Part shown: in pieces, positions 1 through 27,201 of the stretch
How positions within the stretch are numbered: position 1 is the first letter of the stretch
How the letters are laid out: every line of letters begins with the position of its first letter
NCBI GenBank assembly: GCA_964016885.1
Contig: OZ024753.1
Location: 31,434,001-31,498,000, forward strand
Length of the DNA stretch: 64,000 nt
Origin: Eledone cirrhosa
Lineage: Eukaryota
Reading direction: 5' to 3'
Translations under genes and position numbers: made by a program
The notes under the pieces: model-generated
The model's input: only the letters and a program-made list of their open reading frames with translations
What the model was told of the DNA's origin: nothing
Database searches by the model: none

Positions 1-1144
1 CACTCGCATACATACAATATAGAATAACAACATACACACGCACAAAATAAATCACATCCACACACATATATCACTACCAAAGATAGTTCTGGTCGCAGTG
101 CAACTACTTCAGCACTCCTCCCTCCTACACACGACTAGCTACATGCCAACCTCAAACATTTTTCTTTCTTTATTTCAATCTTCCAACACCCACTTTCTCC
201 TAATTTACTCTTTTCTGACAATTGATTAATGCTTGATATGTTGAAACATTTGTCATTTCTTTCCGACAACCGTGGAACTAATAAGACTTTGTGTAATTGT
301 ATCTCTTTGCTTGCTTTTATTAATAGTGAACTATATCTGTACAAATATATGTATGTGAATTCATACAAGATTCTTTAGATTCAACTTGAAAAGAACGGAT
401 GAGATTTTAATGAGCCATCAAATCTTGTTTCATTGGAATTTAGTTCGATCCTTTAAACATCTAATGCAGTCGGAAGTCGATAAACTATAATTCCAGCACA
501 TTTCTATGTCCATATGGCTGCCATAGAACTGTACTTAACTTATATGTCAGGAGGCCTTCACAATTTTGACCTTTTCTAATATAGTAGATGTCTTGTCGGA
601 ACTTCGACTAGAAGATCTTAACTGCGACTTTCAAGAGCATGTTTACATTTTGCATTTCCATTGATTAAACGTTCAATATTATTTCAAAAACATTTTTGCT
701 TTAAATTCCAAAATTCTTAGCCTAGAAATGGAGATAAGTGGATCTCTCTTGATTTCGGCAATGTCTGTCCCAATTGCTTTGTCACTGAAACGGACTACGT
801 TTTCAGTTAACACGTGACCGATTATTCCATAGATATGTGTACCCATACCGTAATTCACAGAGGTATCCAACATAACACGCTGTGCTGCATTTTTGCCTCT
901 TTGCCTTTTCATGGCGAATCCATCCGACTGACTTCCCAACAGTTTCCATATACACAATGTCTCAGAAAAGGCTTAGATCCTCCAAGACGTATGGTAAAAG
1001 GGACTTTCCCAGGACACCGGGTCATGAGACCTAACGTAAACTTCATGATTCTGAAGCAAACCTTTTAAACATTTGACCATAATACGTCTATGTAACACGT
1101 TCTGCAATATGAACCTTGTAGAGTACACTGCTGACTTCAAATAT

Positions 1145-1361
1145 TGATTTCTTATATATAGGCACAAGGCCAGCAATTTGGGGGCAGGGGAAGGTCGATT
1201 AAATCTACCCCAGTGCGTGGCTGGTACTTTATTTTATCGACCCCATAAGGATAAAAGGCAAAGTTAAGCTCGGCAGGATTTAAACTCAGATCATAAAGGG
1301 CCGTAACTCAATGATGCAAAGCACGGCGTTCGATCCTCTACCGATACTGCCAATCCACTGC
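1145..1361 (-). mobile_element. tRNA-derived SINE (family S1, long variant with internal GTCGATTAAATC hairpin segment)
   Basis: Reverse complement shows A-box TGGCAGTATCGG, a B-box-like GAGTTTAAATCC, the central CCTTTTATCCTTATGGGGTCGATAAAATAAAGTACCAG block and the GGCCTTGTGCC tail shared with ~20 copies in the window. Confidence 0.85.
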
Positions 1362-1406
1362 TGGCTTTTAATATTAAAAGAACATATTCGTTCGGTTCTG
1401 ATATAA

Positions 1407-1508
1407 ATAATTGTTTCTATTTTTGGCACAATGACAGCAATTACTCCAGTGCATTTCTGGAACTTTATTTTATCGACCCTATAAGGATGAAAGGCAAAGC
1501 TAATCTCG
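1407..1508 (-). mobile_element. S1 SINE, 5'-truncated copy
   Basis: tttattttatcgaccctataaggatgaaaggcaaag core and tail. Confidence 0.75.
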
Positions 1509-2339
1509 ATATATATATATATATAATATGAAAATAATGACCATAGTAATGACTATAACAAACATTATTCATAAACCAAAACTCTTTATGTAATACATAA
1601 AACAATAGAATATACGAATCATCTTTAGAAATATAAAAAGGAGAACAATTGTTAAAACATAAATAACCTTCATGAAATAAAATCTTTCAAATCTTCTTTT
1701 GTGTTTCGAAACAATTATATTAACTGTCAAATTAACTTCAGATTTGCTTTGAAAAAAAATGTATTCTGTACAAAACTGCCTTTATGATGTATAGATTATA
1801 AAAGTGTTGAAAGAAATCATTTTCAGATAAACAGCTGTTGTGATTTGAACAGACTTTAGTTTTCAAGGTCAATGAATCCTCGATGAAATATTTGCTTCAA
1901 TTTGTTATCTTTATCGGTGTTTGTTTGTTTTATAAACATACTGTCTTCAGTCTAGTTAGTTGGCTCTGATAGTTGTAGATTAAATAGTTAATAAAGAACG
2001 AGGTTCCTTCTATAATATAGTACATTAATTGTATGTATATATATTTTTTCAGTTCATTTATCTCTACTTTACTACAATGATAAAGTACAAACAAATGCCT
2101 CTCTTTCTTTCCCCCTCCCTCTGTTCTTCATTTGTTTGTCAATGACAATAACATATAATTGTCAGTAATACAACCTCGAGTGTGATTCTCCTTCAATTGT
2201 ATGTTAATGGCTGATAGATTGTTATCGGTGCTGTACAGGCAGTAAACACGTGGTTATTATCAAAGAGAGGCCTAAGTTGGAACGTATGTTTTCCAAACCA
2301 GTAAAACATGATACTTACGGCTTATGCGACAATACATAA

Positions 2340-2344
<5 letters not shown>

Positions 2345-2432
<88 letters not shown>

Positions 2433-2460
2433 TACACATATATATATATATATATATATT
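2345..2460. repeat. (CT)n(CA)n(TA)n compound microsatellite
   Basis: Seen directly. Confidence 0.95.
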
Positions 2461-2789
2461 TATATGTATACGCACATCAGATGTGCATGTAAGATACATG
2501 TCATTTGGTTACTTTAAGTAAATATGCTTGTTTTAGAATATCAAATAGAAGAAAAAAAAGGAAAAATTGTGAAAAGAAAAGAAACATAGGAGAGGGAAAA
2601 ACTATACGCACTTGGTTTCACGGCATATCTCTTCTGCACCCTTGGTTGTGCGGCTTATCTCTCCCGCATCCTGTGGGCAAGATGGTGAAAACTAATTTGA
2701 TGATGAGAAAAATTCAGCTTGAAGTTTGATTTATTAACTGAAATACTATAATGTATTTGTATGTTATTCTTCGCCTGTTGATAACTATA

Positions 2790-2947
2790 GTCATGGCTGT
2801 GTGATTTCGAGGTTTTCGTCTCAACCACATGGTTTCAGGATCACTCCCAGTCCGCCAGACCTTGATTAAGTGTCTTCTACTATAACCTCGGATTGACCAA
2901 TGGTTTGTAAGTCAAATATGATGGACAAACACTGCGCAAACCAACCA
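2790..2947 (+). mobile_element. Degenerate second SINE family (S2, CORE-like tRNA SINE)
   Basis: catggctgtgtg...aaccacatggtttcagg...accttgattaagtgtcttctactataacctcgg pattern; a weaker relative lies at 32518-32642. Confidence 0.55.
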
Positions 2948-2960
2948 CATATATATATAT

Positions 2961-3104
2961 AACGATGGAGATATGGTAAGGAACCAGATGGACCATAACG
3001 CACCAGAGTACTCAATACTTAGGGTAGTGGAATGTGTAATAGGAAAATGTATGACCCCGTCGAAACGGCTTGAGCTCTGCCGTCGGGAATCATACATTTT
3101 CCTA
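2961..3104. mobile_element. Fold-back half-hammerhead repeat family F2 (centre deleted)
   Basis: Near-identical to 9308-9513 and 42910-43115; flanked by (TA)n. Confidence 0.75.
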
Positions 3105-3332
3105 TATATATATAAAAGTAAAAATCAAAAAACAATAACAAAGAGTGCAGTACGAACATTGTTGGTATTAGTTTCACGCTTGAGAAATCAGAATGGATGC
3201 AGTAAAAACCAGTTAAACCATTACTCACCAGAGTACTCGATACTTGGGTTGTAGAGTGTTGTAGTATGAAGGAGTCAGGACCCCGAGAGGCTGACTTCCT
3301 GGCTCTTTAATAACTAGCTCTGAACTATATAA

Positions 3333-3363
<31 letters not shown>

Positions 3364-3561
3364 ATTGTGTGGATGGGAGCTCTGCATCTGTGTTTGTGTC
3401 TCTGCCTATTTTTATGCCCCATGATCTAGCAAAAAATAAAGATGGATACAATAAGTACCAGACATGAAAACAGCAAGTTTTAAGATCAATAATGGACGAA
3501 ATCTTTTTAAGATGGAGTCCCAGTATGTCCACAATCTAGAGACTAAAATCTGTGAAAGAAT

Positions 3562-3778
3562 GGGTTCTACTTTAGGCACAAGGCCAGCAATTATTTTGGG
3601 GGGAAAAAGTCGATTAAATCGACCCCAGTGCGTGACTGGTACTTTATTTTATCGACTCCGTAAGGATGAAAGGCAAAGTTAACCTCGGCGGGATTTGAAC
3701 TCAGATCATAAAGGGCCATAGCTCTATGCTGCAAAGTATAGTGTCCTACTCTCTACCGATACTGCCAATCCACCGCCC
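3562..3778 (-). mobile_element. S1 SINE, full length, long variant
   Basis: A/B boxes (ggatttgaactc on the + strand), core and tail. Confidence 0.9.
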
Positions 3779-4094
3779 TAAAATCAGTGAAATAATGAAT
3801 ACAGTAAAAAATAAACAATAAAGTTGAAAGGTGTTATCATTAATTCAAACTTTAATGGGTGAATTCGTTACTTAAAAGTTAGCAAGCTGAAGTGAAACGC
3901 AGCCATTATTCATAAAAGAATATAAAAAATTACTCCCGGCTTTTAGGTATTAACACAATTACCCTTCCTCCCTGTGAAGATAATGGCTTAAAGTTAGAAT
4001 ATTTTCATAATGAAACTTTAACTGAAATTTGCAGAGGTGGGGAATATAAATCATTGTTATCAGTCACATAATCTTCACAACAACGACAACGATA

Positions 4095-4228
4095 ATAATA
4101 ATTGTTTCTACATTTGGCACAAGACCAGCAATTTTGGTGGAGGGGAAAGTCGATTAAATCGGCCCCAGCGCATCACTGGTACTTTATTTTATCGACCCCG
4201 TAAGGATATAAGGCAAAGTTAACCTCCG
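4095..4228 (-). mobile_element. S1 SINE, 5'-truncated
   Basis: Core and tail match the other copies. Confidence 0.8.
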
Positions 4229-4363
4229 TGGCTGCAACTAGAAGCCTTTCATAATGCATAAACACGTAAAAGTTACAAAAACCTGTGAGGATGAACAAAC
4301 AACGCTATACAAAGAAAAGGAAGGGTAAATATATGCAATATACATAAACAGATGTTAAAATGA

Positions 4364-4415
<52 letters not shown>

Positions 4416-4439
4416 TCATTTTAACATCTGTTTATGTAT

Positions 4440-4491
<52 letters not shown>

Positions 4492-4624
4492 AGACGGCGT
4501 TAGCCGGAGTGTTTTTTGCATAGCTAGAGCTTTCTAAATGTTTAACTGTAAACATACCGCGTTTCGTTAGAAATACGAAATTTCTATACATATCTGTATA
4601 CAGCTATGCCTGAAGCTAAATCTA

Positions 4625-4695
<71 letters not shown>

Positions 4696-4737
4696 AATTT
4701 TTTGGACACTCTGCATATATATATATATATATATATG

Positions 4738-4816
4738 CAGAGTGTCCAAAAAAGTGTATACACAGTTTGATTAGAATTTTGTTGAAGTGTATATACATTT
4801 TTTGGTGACACCCTGT
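4738..4816. mobile_element. Tc1/mariner-type MITE (~80 bp)
   Basis: TIRs cagagtgtccaaaaaa...tttttggtgacaccctg followed by TA; relatives at 47303-47380, 47437-47514, 52756-52845 and 57291-57380. Confidence 0.65.
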
Positions 4817-5332
4817 ATATATATATATAAATATTTGTGTGCATCTACAAACATTTATGCTTCGAAGTATATACTGACATCTGTCAGTTCATGTAACGTT
4901 GTTTGGTATCAAACAGCTCATGTTTCCATATTTATGCGCCTTTATATTACTGGCAGATAAAAGACATGCACTCGTGTATTCTTATCGGTGTGCAGTGACT
5001 TCTCTGTGTGTTCATTAGTGAATATATGTATATTGATACATTTACATATACACACACACGCTCATACACACACACGATCATACACACAAAGGCACACACA
5101 AACAAACAAACACACACAAACACATACATATATATATAGTTACATATGTATACATATTCATACACGGAGACAAGCATGTAGTCATTCATACACGTGACCA
5201 TACGTATATCTAAAATATGAAAGACGTAACACGCACATAGATCATACACACAGGTGTATATATATATATGTATACATATTATTATATATATATAAATATT
5301 ATATATATATATATATACATATTATATATATA

Positions 5333-5520
5333 TGGATTGGCAGTATCGGTAGAGGGTCGGACGCCATGCTTTCCAGTAAAGTTACGTCACTTTACGATCT
5401 GAGTTCAAATCACGCCGAGGTTGACTTTGCCTTTCATCCTTACGGGGTCGATAAAATAAAGTACCAGTAATGCACTGATAAAATTGCTGGACTTGTGCCT
5501 AAAGTAGAAACAATTATTAT
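5333..5520 (+). mobile_element. S1 SINE
   Basis: tggcagtatcgg A-box, gagttcaaatc B-box, core and ATT tail. Confidence 0.9.
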
Positions 5521-5559
5521 ATATATATATATACATATTATATATATATATACATATTG

Positions 5560-5602
<43 letters not shown>

Positions 5603-6291
5603 TTTACATATATATATACATACACATACATATACGTGTTTTGCAACTGGTCACTTTTTGGCTCAATGAAAAATTTATAAATTAAACAATCAGAGCTATA
5701 TATCATAAAACATGTCTATAGAATCACAAGATAAAATATATACTATTTCCTATCCCAATTTGCATAATTAACTATATAAAAAATCAAATAGACAAGACTA
5801 TACGAATGAGGCTTCTATGAAGGAATCTCCAACAAATAACCAAAACTAGCGCTTCGCGTCGGCCGTAGTGGAATATTTATCGAATATTTCGACAGCGTAA
5901 TCGCCTAGATACGGTCAACTAAGCAGAATTAGGTTTAAAATAAACTAGGAGAAAATAGAATACATTTAAAACCTCTACCATGGTTTCGTCTGTGTTTTGA
6001 GTTTTCCAATAATTATGTAATAATTATATAAACTCGAGCGCCGGATTCTTCAAGAAGCTCGCTCATATTTAGACATTAAATTTTCAAAAACGGTCGCGCC
6101 AAGAATTCATTTCAAAATGGCTAAAAATCGTGACGTAGTCGCGGTCAAGTTGGAAAGGGTGTGGTAGTTGCTTACGACTGGTGGCATTTTTGCTCGAAAG
6201 CACAGAATAATACAGCCAAATTTGTATCTCAACCTAGTGGGAGATTATTATATATAAAAGTTTACATATATATACACATACACATACATAT

Positions 6292-6374
<83 letters not shown>

Positions 6375-6487
6375 CATATTATTATATATATATATACATA
6401 CATATTATTATATATATATATACATACATATTATTATATATATATATATACATACATATTATTTTATATATATCTATACATATTATT

Positions 6488-6664
6488 ATTGGCAGTATTG
6501 GTAGAGGGTCGGATGCCATGCTTTGATGCATAGAGTTACGGCCCTTGCCATTCTGAGTTCAAATCCCGCCAAGGTTAACTTTGCCTTTCATCCTTACGGA
6601 GTCGATAAAGTAAAGTACCAGTAATACACCTGGTATTTGCTGAACTTGTGCCAAAAGTAGAAAC

Positions 6665-6670
<6 letters not shown>
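6488..6670 (+). mobile_element. S1 SINE
   Basis: Same motifs as 5333-5520. Confidence 0.85.
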
Positions 6671-6699
<29 letters not shown>

Positions 6700-6856
6700 A
6701 AAGAATAGAGGTGTAACACACAAGTTATTATATATTGGTAAACGGAATTGAAAATGCTGACAAATTGTTCACAGTTGAAAAATAGTTTAATTAGGAATAA
6801 AAGAGTATTAGTAATTGTATGGGTTAGTATTCAGTTGTGGTTTTAAGTTTTTAAGT

Positions 6857-6893
6857 TTTTACCGGTTGCGCATTTCTAAATGCTTTTCAAAAA
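6857..6893 (-). ncRNA. Hammerhead-like motif, U3-A8 variant, probably inactivated (GCAA for GAAA)
   Basis: Minus strand: TTT-TTGAAAA-GCATTT-AG-AAATGC-GCAA-CCGG-TA-AAA. Confidence 0.45.
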
Positions 6894-7001
6894 TAATTTT
6901 GAGATAGAGCGTCCGTGTTGTTTGCTCTGATCTGAGCAATTAACAAGGACGCTCTATACATAGCATATATATTATATATATATATATATATATACATAGT
7001 A

Positions 7002-7055
<54 letters not shown>

Positions 7056-7127
7056 GGTATATATATTATATATATATCTATATATACATGGTATATATAT
7101 TATATATATATCTATATATACATAGTA

Positions 7128-7174
<47 letters not shown>

Positions 7175-7185
7175 GAATATATATC

Positions 7186-7216
<31 letters not shown>

Positions 7217-7259
7217 GAATATATATCATATATATATATTATATATATATATATATATA

Positions 7260-7785
7260 CATCCGGGTGTCTGTGTGTGTTTGTGTTCATTTATCTATTT
7301 GTTTATTTATTTATTTATTTTTTGTTGGTTACACATAGAACAAACAACCAACCAACAATAAATAAATAAATAAATAAACAAATAGATAAATGAACACAAA
7401 CACACACAGACACCCGGATGTGGCGCATGCGCAAACTGAGCACACAACACACACACAGAAACAAAATGGCGTAGGATAGAAGAAAGGAAAGGCACAGAAA
7501 CAAAGAAAGAAATCCCCAGTCACTGAAGAGGTCACAGAGTGTGTGACGAAAGTACTATGACTATATATAAACAACTATCTGGTTGTGGAACCAACCAACC
7601 AACCAGAAATTTATAATTTTGTAAATTTGTAAATTTATAAGTTTATAAATATATAATAAATTGAAGTGAAAGCTACTGGTGCGTGTGTTTCTTATTGGCA
7701 GCATGACCCTCCCAAAGTATAACAATATCGGTTTCAACACAAGATTTCAGATAAAGAATCTTGCTAAACAAATTCAGAAACGAAA
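7260..7785 (+). mobile_element. PLE 3'-UTR/pseudo-LTR fragment (family F3) with inverted 5' segment
   Basis: Inverted arms 7260-7328 and 7350-7420; ends in atgaccctcccaaagtataacaatat like the PLE remnant at 32202; an inverted scrap lies at 8614-8666; carries an HHR. Confidence 0.7.
7518..7562 (+). ncRNA. Minimal type I hammerhead ribozyme
   Basis: AGTCA-CTGAAGA-G-GTCACA-gagtg-TGTGAC-GAAA-GTAC-TA-TGACT: helix I AGTCA/TGACT, helix II of 6 bp, palindromic helix III (AGTACT). Confidence 0.8.
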
Positions 7786-7804
7786 TATAAATATATATAT
7801 ATAA

Positions 7805-7861
<57 letters not shown>

Positions 7862-7897
7862 AATATATATATAAATATATATATATATATAAATATA

Positions 7898-8277
7898 ATG
7901 TAGGAGGTGAGTTTTATTGTAGTACAATAAAGCAATGCAGATATCGGATAAGAAGCACTCTACAGTTTGTAGGACTGGAGTATACATAATATAAGATCAA
8001 AAGATGGTTAAAGGAGTTCCATGTATTTGATTATGCGCATTTCAAAAACAAACATCATCATGCAATAATATTTGTGTTTTTATCAACATATGTTGATTTA
8101 AATCAACATATGTTGATTTAAAACTGCACTATCCACAAGTGTTTTTTAGTCTTCATATCATGTTCTCCTGTTTTATCTGATGAAAACACAAATATTATTG
8201 CATGATGATGTTTGTTTTTGAAATGCGCATACTAAAATACATGGAACTCCTTTAACCATCTTTTGATCTTATATTAT
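7898..8277. mobile_element. HHR-bearing non-coding fold-back element, family F1
   Basis: Homologous to 14618-15018 and 47611-47857; inverted arms; embedded in (TA)n. Confidence 0.8.
8171..8237 (+). ncRNA. Type I hammerhead ribozyme (F1)
   Basis: TTTTAT-CTGATGA-[AT-rich helix II]-GAAA-TGCGCA-TA-CTAAAA. Confidence 0.7.
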
Positions 8278-10512
<2,235 letters not shown>

Positions 10513-10519
10513 TGTATGT

Positions 10520-10600
10520 TGTATTGTGTATGTTGCTTTTGAGCACATTTAATCAGTATATAAGCATCTATGAATGTTCTTATAAGTTTTTATATGCATG

Positions 10601-10635
<35 letters not shown>

Positions 10636-10720
10636 ATATATACATGCATATAAAAACTTATAAGAACATTCATAGATGCTTATATACTGATTAAATATGC
10701 TCAAAAGCAACATACACAAT
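10520..10720. repeat. (TA)n-centred inverted repeat (~80-bp arms)
   Basis: attgtgtatgttgcttttgagca...catgta / tacatg...tgctcaaaagcaacatacacaat. Confidence 0.85.
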
Positions 10721-11464
10721 AAAAAATACGCGTACAAGCTTATATAAAATACTATATTGGAACTGTTATGTTTTGTTTGTCATATCCATTTGTAACTATA
10801 TGGAAGCTTCTGTTTGCAAATCAATTGTCCCTCTTTTATTTCCTTGAGGGAATAATAATACGGCAATATTCCATGTACGATAAATATTCACGAATTGATA
10901 AAGAAATAACAAGCAACAACAACATCAGTGCTCTCTATAAATATATATGAGATTTAGCTATTCTCTGAAGATATGTTTCTTTATATACTCCAATGGGAAA
11001 GGTTTGTTGGCGTGTCTCTTTGTTCTTATGAATACGAGAAAGACAAATTGGTACTTCTCCAAATTCTACCCCTACAATTAGGTATTAACCGATTTAATAT
11101 TATTCTTACTGAAGGTATTTTGTGCTCAATTGACAGATTCTTAGTCTGATATTTCTTATCAAGAAAAATGTTTGGGTAATATATTCCTACGCTCTGTATT
11201 GTTGATTCCAACAAATTATATTATTCTTCATGTATTTCAATGATGAGAAAGAATTATACTGTTCTTATATTATATTTTATTATATTTTTCCAACTGAAAG
11301 AAAAGTTAAACCAATCAAGTTCCTTACCCCATACTTCAAAGAATATCTTTCTAATTATTAGAATAAATAAAATAATATAGAACTCTAGAGAAACGCTATC
11401 ATTGTTTTTCTTTTCTTTTCTTTTGACTTTATGGTTCTTTATCTCAAAACTATAACTGATTCAG

Positions 11465-12260
11465 CATAGTGTTATTTCTGCATATTTGTAAGTCCTGGGG
11501 TTTTAGTTATGTATTTCTTTCTGTGTTTTTCATCATTCCCAGAGCACCTATTATTTTATATATTATTTCTGTTACCGATAGCCACATCCGGGTTATTTCT
11601 ATCTCCAGATCTTTAGATTTGGATTATTTCTCAATTTCCTTGATATATAAGCTGTCATCTCTGTCATCTTTGGAGATAGATTCACCTATTAGAAGACATT
11701 TGGTCTTTGTGATCTTTGACTATCAGGTCGGTTAGCTTCGATCTCCCTGTTTCTGTACATTGCCATATCCCAGTGTATGGTTGCTTTGTCACTCCTTGAA
11801 AGCTTTCCTGATGTCTGATTTCAATACCTTTCTCTGTTGTTGGTATTTCGTTGCGTTGACATAACCTCCAGTGTATGTAAATCCCAATACTATCATATCT
11901 GTGGATATATTCTATATTAGTTAAGACAGGGTAGCCAAGGACAATATGCTTAATTGTTTCTTCCACAACCCTACATATACTGTAGTCACTCTGCTCTGGT
12001 TCATTATATATTTTCGTGGTGTCCACTGGGTAGTCTTTAATCATGTACTGCAATTAGAAATCCTTCATTTAAGGCATTTATTTTACTGCTTCTTAAGCAG
12101 ATTTTGTCAACTTCTAACTCATTCATTTTTCCCATCTGGTATTGATTATGCATGAGGTGTTTCTTGCCATGTTTTAGCATAGCCTTTTGGAGATCTGTTT
12201 TCAATTTTTATTTTATTTTTTTCGCAATTTAAACTGCTGTTTCGTCTGTCTTTACATTTT
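11465..12260 (-). pseudogene. Degraded 3' part of an R4/Dong-like non-LTR retrotransposon (CCHC plus restriction-like endonuclease region)
   Basis: CRVVEETIKHIVLGYPVLTNIEYIHRYDSIGIYIHWRLC, then frameshifted WD, NRPD, KEIEK and DLEIEITRMW...IGALG motifs. Confidence 0.7.
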
Positions 12261-12300
12261 CTCATTTTTGTTATTATTAGTAGTAATAATAGTAGTAGTA

Positions 12301-12492
12301 ATAATAATTGTTTCTACTTTTGTCACAAGGCCAGCGATTATCCCAGTGTATTACTGGTACTTTATTTTATCGACCCCGTAAGAATAAAAGGCAAAGTTAA
12401 CCTCGGCGGGAGTTGTACGCAGACCACAAAGAGGCGTAACTCTTTGCTGCAAAGCATGGCGTCCGACCCTCTACCGATTCTGCCAATCCACC
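12301..12492 (-). mobile_element. S1 SINE
   Basis: Full head, core and tail. Confidence 0.85.
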
Positions 12493-12921
12493 AGTAGTAG
12501 TAATAATAATGGTTTCTGATTGAACGCTGTTCTTGCTGTTATTGATATTTGTTTATTCGTTTTCAATAAAATGTTCAAAGTCACACTTTCTGGTCAGTAA
12601 AGGCTAATTAAACATTTCCCAAATTTAATCCTCCTGCAGGAACTCGTTTGTAAAGCCTTTAATTTCGCCACAGCCTTACAACACAAACAAATATTCGTTA
12701 TACTTATTACTTTGGAAATACATCGCCCGTTATTCCAGTTCTATAGCAGATTGCTATTTACAAATAAACAACTATAAACAATAATAGATAAAATAGAAAG
12801 AAACCACCAGTCAGCTTAATTGAAACAGAAATTATTAAATATGAAAATAATTATTACAAAACCCTAAGTATGTTTGAAACGGCCATTTTCCGGCATCTCT
12901 TCACAATGAAAGTATTATATA

Positions 12922-13023
<102 letters not shown>

Positions 13024-13294
13024 TTATATAACATAGCTTGCCATAAGTTATTGATAATGTATAATAAGTGAAAATTGCTATTTATATCGGATATTATCGG
13101 ATATATTATGATTTCTTTCCCAAGCGTCAAGAAGATAAAAGTTATGTGAGAAAGGCTGCTATCACGGCATATTGGTTTTCGGAGCCATATTACTTTCATG
13201 CGTAATAAAAATCACTCATGCATGACATGGCGGGATGCTATAAATTCTCAGCTTGTGTATCACTCCGCGCGTGTGTGTGTATGTATATTTATGG

Positions 13295-13364
<70 letters not shown>

Positions 13365-13961
13365 GAGTGTGTGTCTTTGTGTATTTATGGGCATATATAT
13401 GTATGTATGTATATATGTATGTATATATGTATATATATATATATAAACATGCATGTATATATATATATATATATATTGGTATGTGTTTGTATTTATGGGC
13501 GCATACATATATATATATATGTGTGTATAAATATTCGTGTGTGTGTGCGAATGTATTCATGGTTCGTATATGTCCTACATCCTTGCATAGATGTTGGCGC
13601 ACATATATGTACATGCATTTACAAACTGTTTTATGGTAGGTTAGGACAATTTTTATTGTCTGCCGTATTATTCTGAAATCAAAGTATTGCATGGGTAAAA
13701 GAGGTGTTACATACATTATATGATATTGAATCGATTAAATCGCTTACATATATCAATATATGGTGTGTACAGTGACAATAAAACAACACCCAATCTCTAA
13801 TAGACATATTAATGAAGTGCCGACACCTTTATAAATAACATATTTAATTTATCTTTCTAATCAATCATGTTTGTTATATTTTCTTCATATTAAGAACACG
13901 TTATATTTATTGCACTATAAATAATTCTGATAATTCAATTACCGTTTATATATATATTTAA

Positions 13962-14425
<464 letters not shown>

Positions 14426-14515
14426 TATACTACGTATATATATATATATTATATATATATTATATATTATATATATATATATTATATATATATATATATT
14501 ATATATTATATATAT

Positions 14516-14548
<33 letters not shown>

Positions 14549-14617
14549 ATATATATATATATATTATATATTATATATATACTATATATTATATATATAT
14601 ATATATTATATATGTAT

Positions 14618-15018
14618 ATGTAGGAGGTGAGTTTTATTGTGGTACAATAAAGCAATGCAGATATCGGATAAGTAGCACTCTACAGTTTGTAGGACTGGAG
14701 TATAAATAATATATGAGATCAAAATATGTTTAAAAGAGTTCCATGTATTTTATTATGAGCATTTCAAAAACAAATCTCATCATGCGATGACATTTGCGTT
14801 TTGAAGGTTAAAAAACACTTGTGAATAGTGCAATTTTAAATCAACATATATACATATATGTTGATTTAAAACTGCACTATTCACAAGTGTTTTTTAACCT
14901 TCATGTCATGTCTCATTTTATTTGACGAAAACGCAAATGTCATCGCATGATGATATTTGTTTTTGAAATGCGGATAATAAAATACATGGAACTCTTTTAA
15001 CCATCTTTTCATCTTATA
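14618..15018. mobile_element. Family F1 fold-back element with degenerate HHR (14915-14983, core TTGACGA)
   Basis: Homology to 7898-8277; inverted arms around 14850. Confidence 0.8.
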
Positions 15019-26409
<11,391 letters not shown>

Positions 26410-26557
26410 CGTATTTAAGAAAGCCACAACAATGCAAAGGGAAATCTCGAGGTAGGAAGTGAAATATAGATAGGAAAAACAGGTGAAAGTGAAAGTTGAG
26501 AGAGACAAAGATGAAAACAAAACAAAGGTAGAAGGGTTACCGTAGTAGAGATTTTAA

Positions 26558-26593
26558 TCCCAATATTTCGGGCTCACGCCCATCAACGGGGGA
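26558..26593 (-). ncRNA. Variant minimal hammerhead in the PLE 3' pseudo-LTR
   Basis: Mirror copy of 29896-29931. Confidence 0.55.
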
Positions 26594-27201
26594 AAAGTTC
26601 CAAAAGGGGGGAAAACAGGCCAAGCGGAGAAAGTGTTGATGTCGTTAAGACAGGAATGCCGTTATGGGGAGAAAAATATTTAAAATTTAAACGAGGGAGA
26701 GAATGCGCGTGCGCGTGATAAGCTGTGGCAAAAGCTACTGACCAAATGGGTTAAATCAAGAGGGTGCGTTAGCGTGTGAAAGCCTTAAGATATGTGTATG
26801 TAAATATATATGTGTGTGTGACTGTGTGTGTATAGGTGTAAGTGTGTATATGTGTGAGTGTGTGTGTGTGTGAAAGATAGTGGGCTGTAGAAGTTGGAAA
26901 TCAAAGGGTGTGAAAGGTGGTAGGTTGTAAAATATGTGTGCGTGTATAAATATAGAAGTGTGTGTGTGTAAGCGTATGGGTATACATGTGTGTGTGTAAC
27001 TGTGTATGTATATGTGTGAGTGCGTTTGTGTGTGAAAGATAGTGGGCTGTAGAAGCTGGAAATCAAAGGGTGTGAAAGGTGGTAGGTTGTAAAAACATGT
27101 GTGCGTGTAAAATATAGAAGTGTGTGTGCATGCGTATGGGTATGCATATACGTGCGTGTGTGTGAATATAACAGGCCGTAGGCTGTGAATGGTCATTATG
27201 G

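Noticed and set aside
135-1176. Short ORFs in non-repetitive sequence
   Set aside because: No recognisable domain or splice structure; possibly an old transposon relic but not supportable
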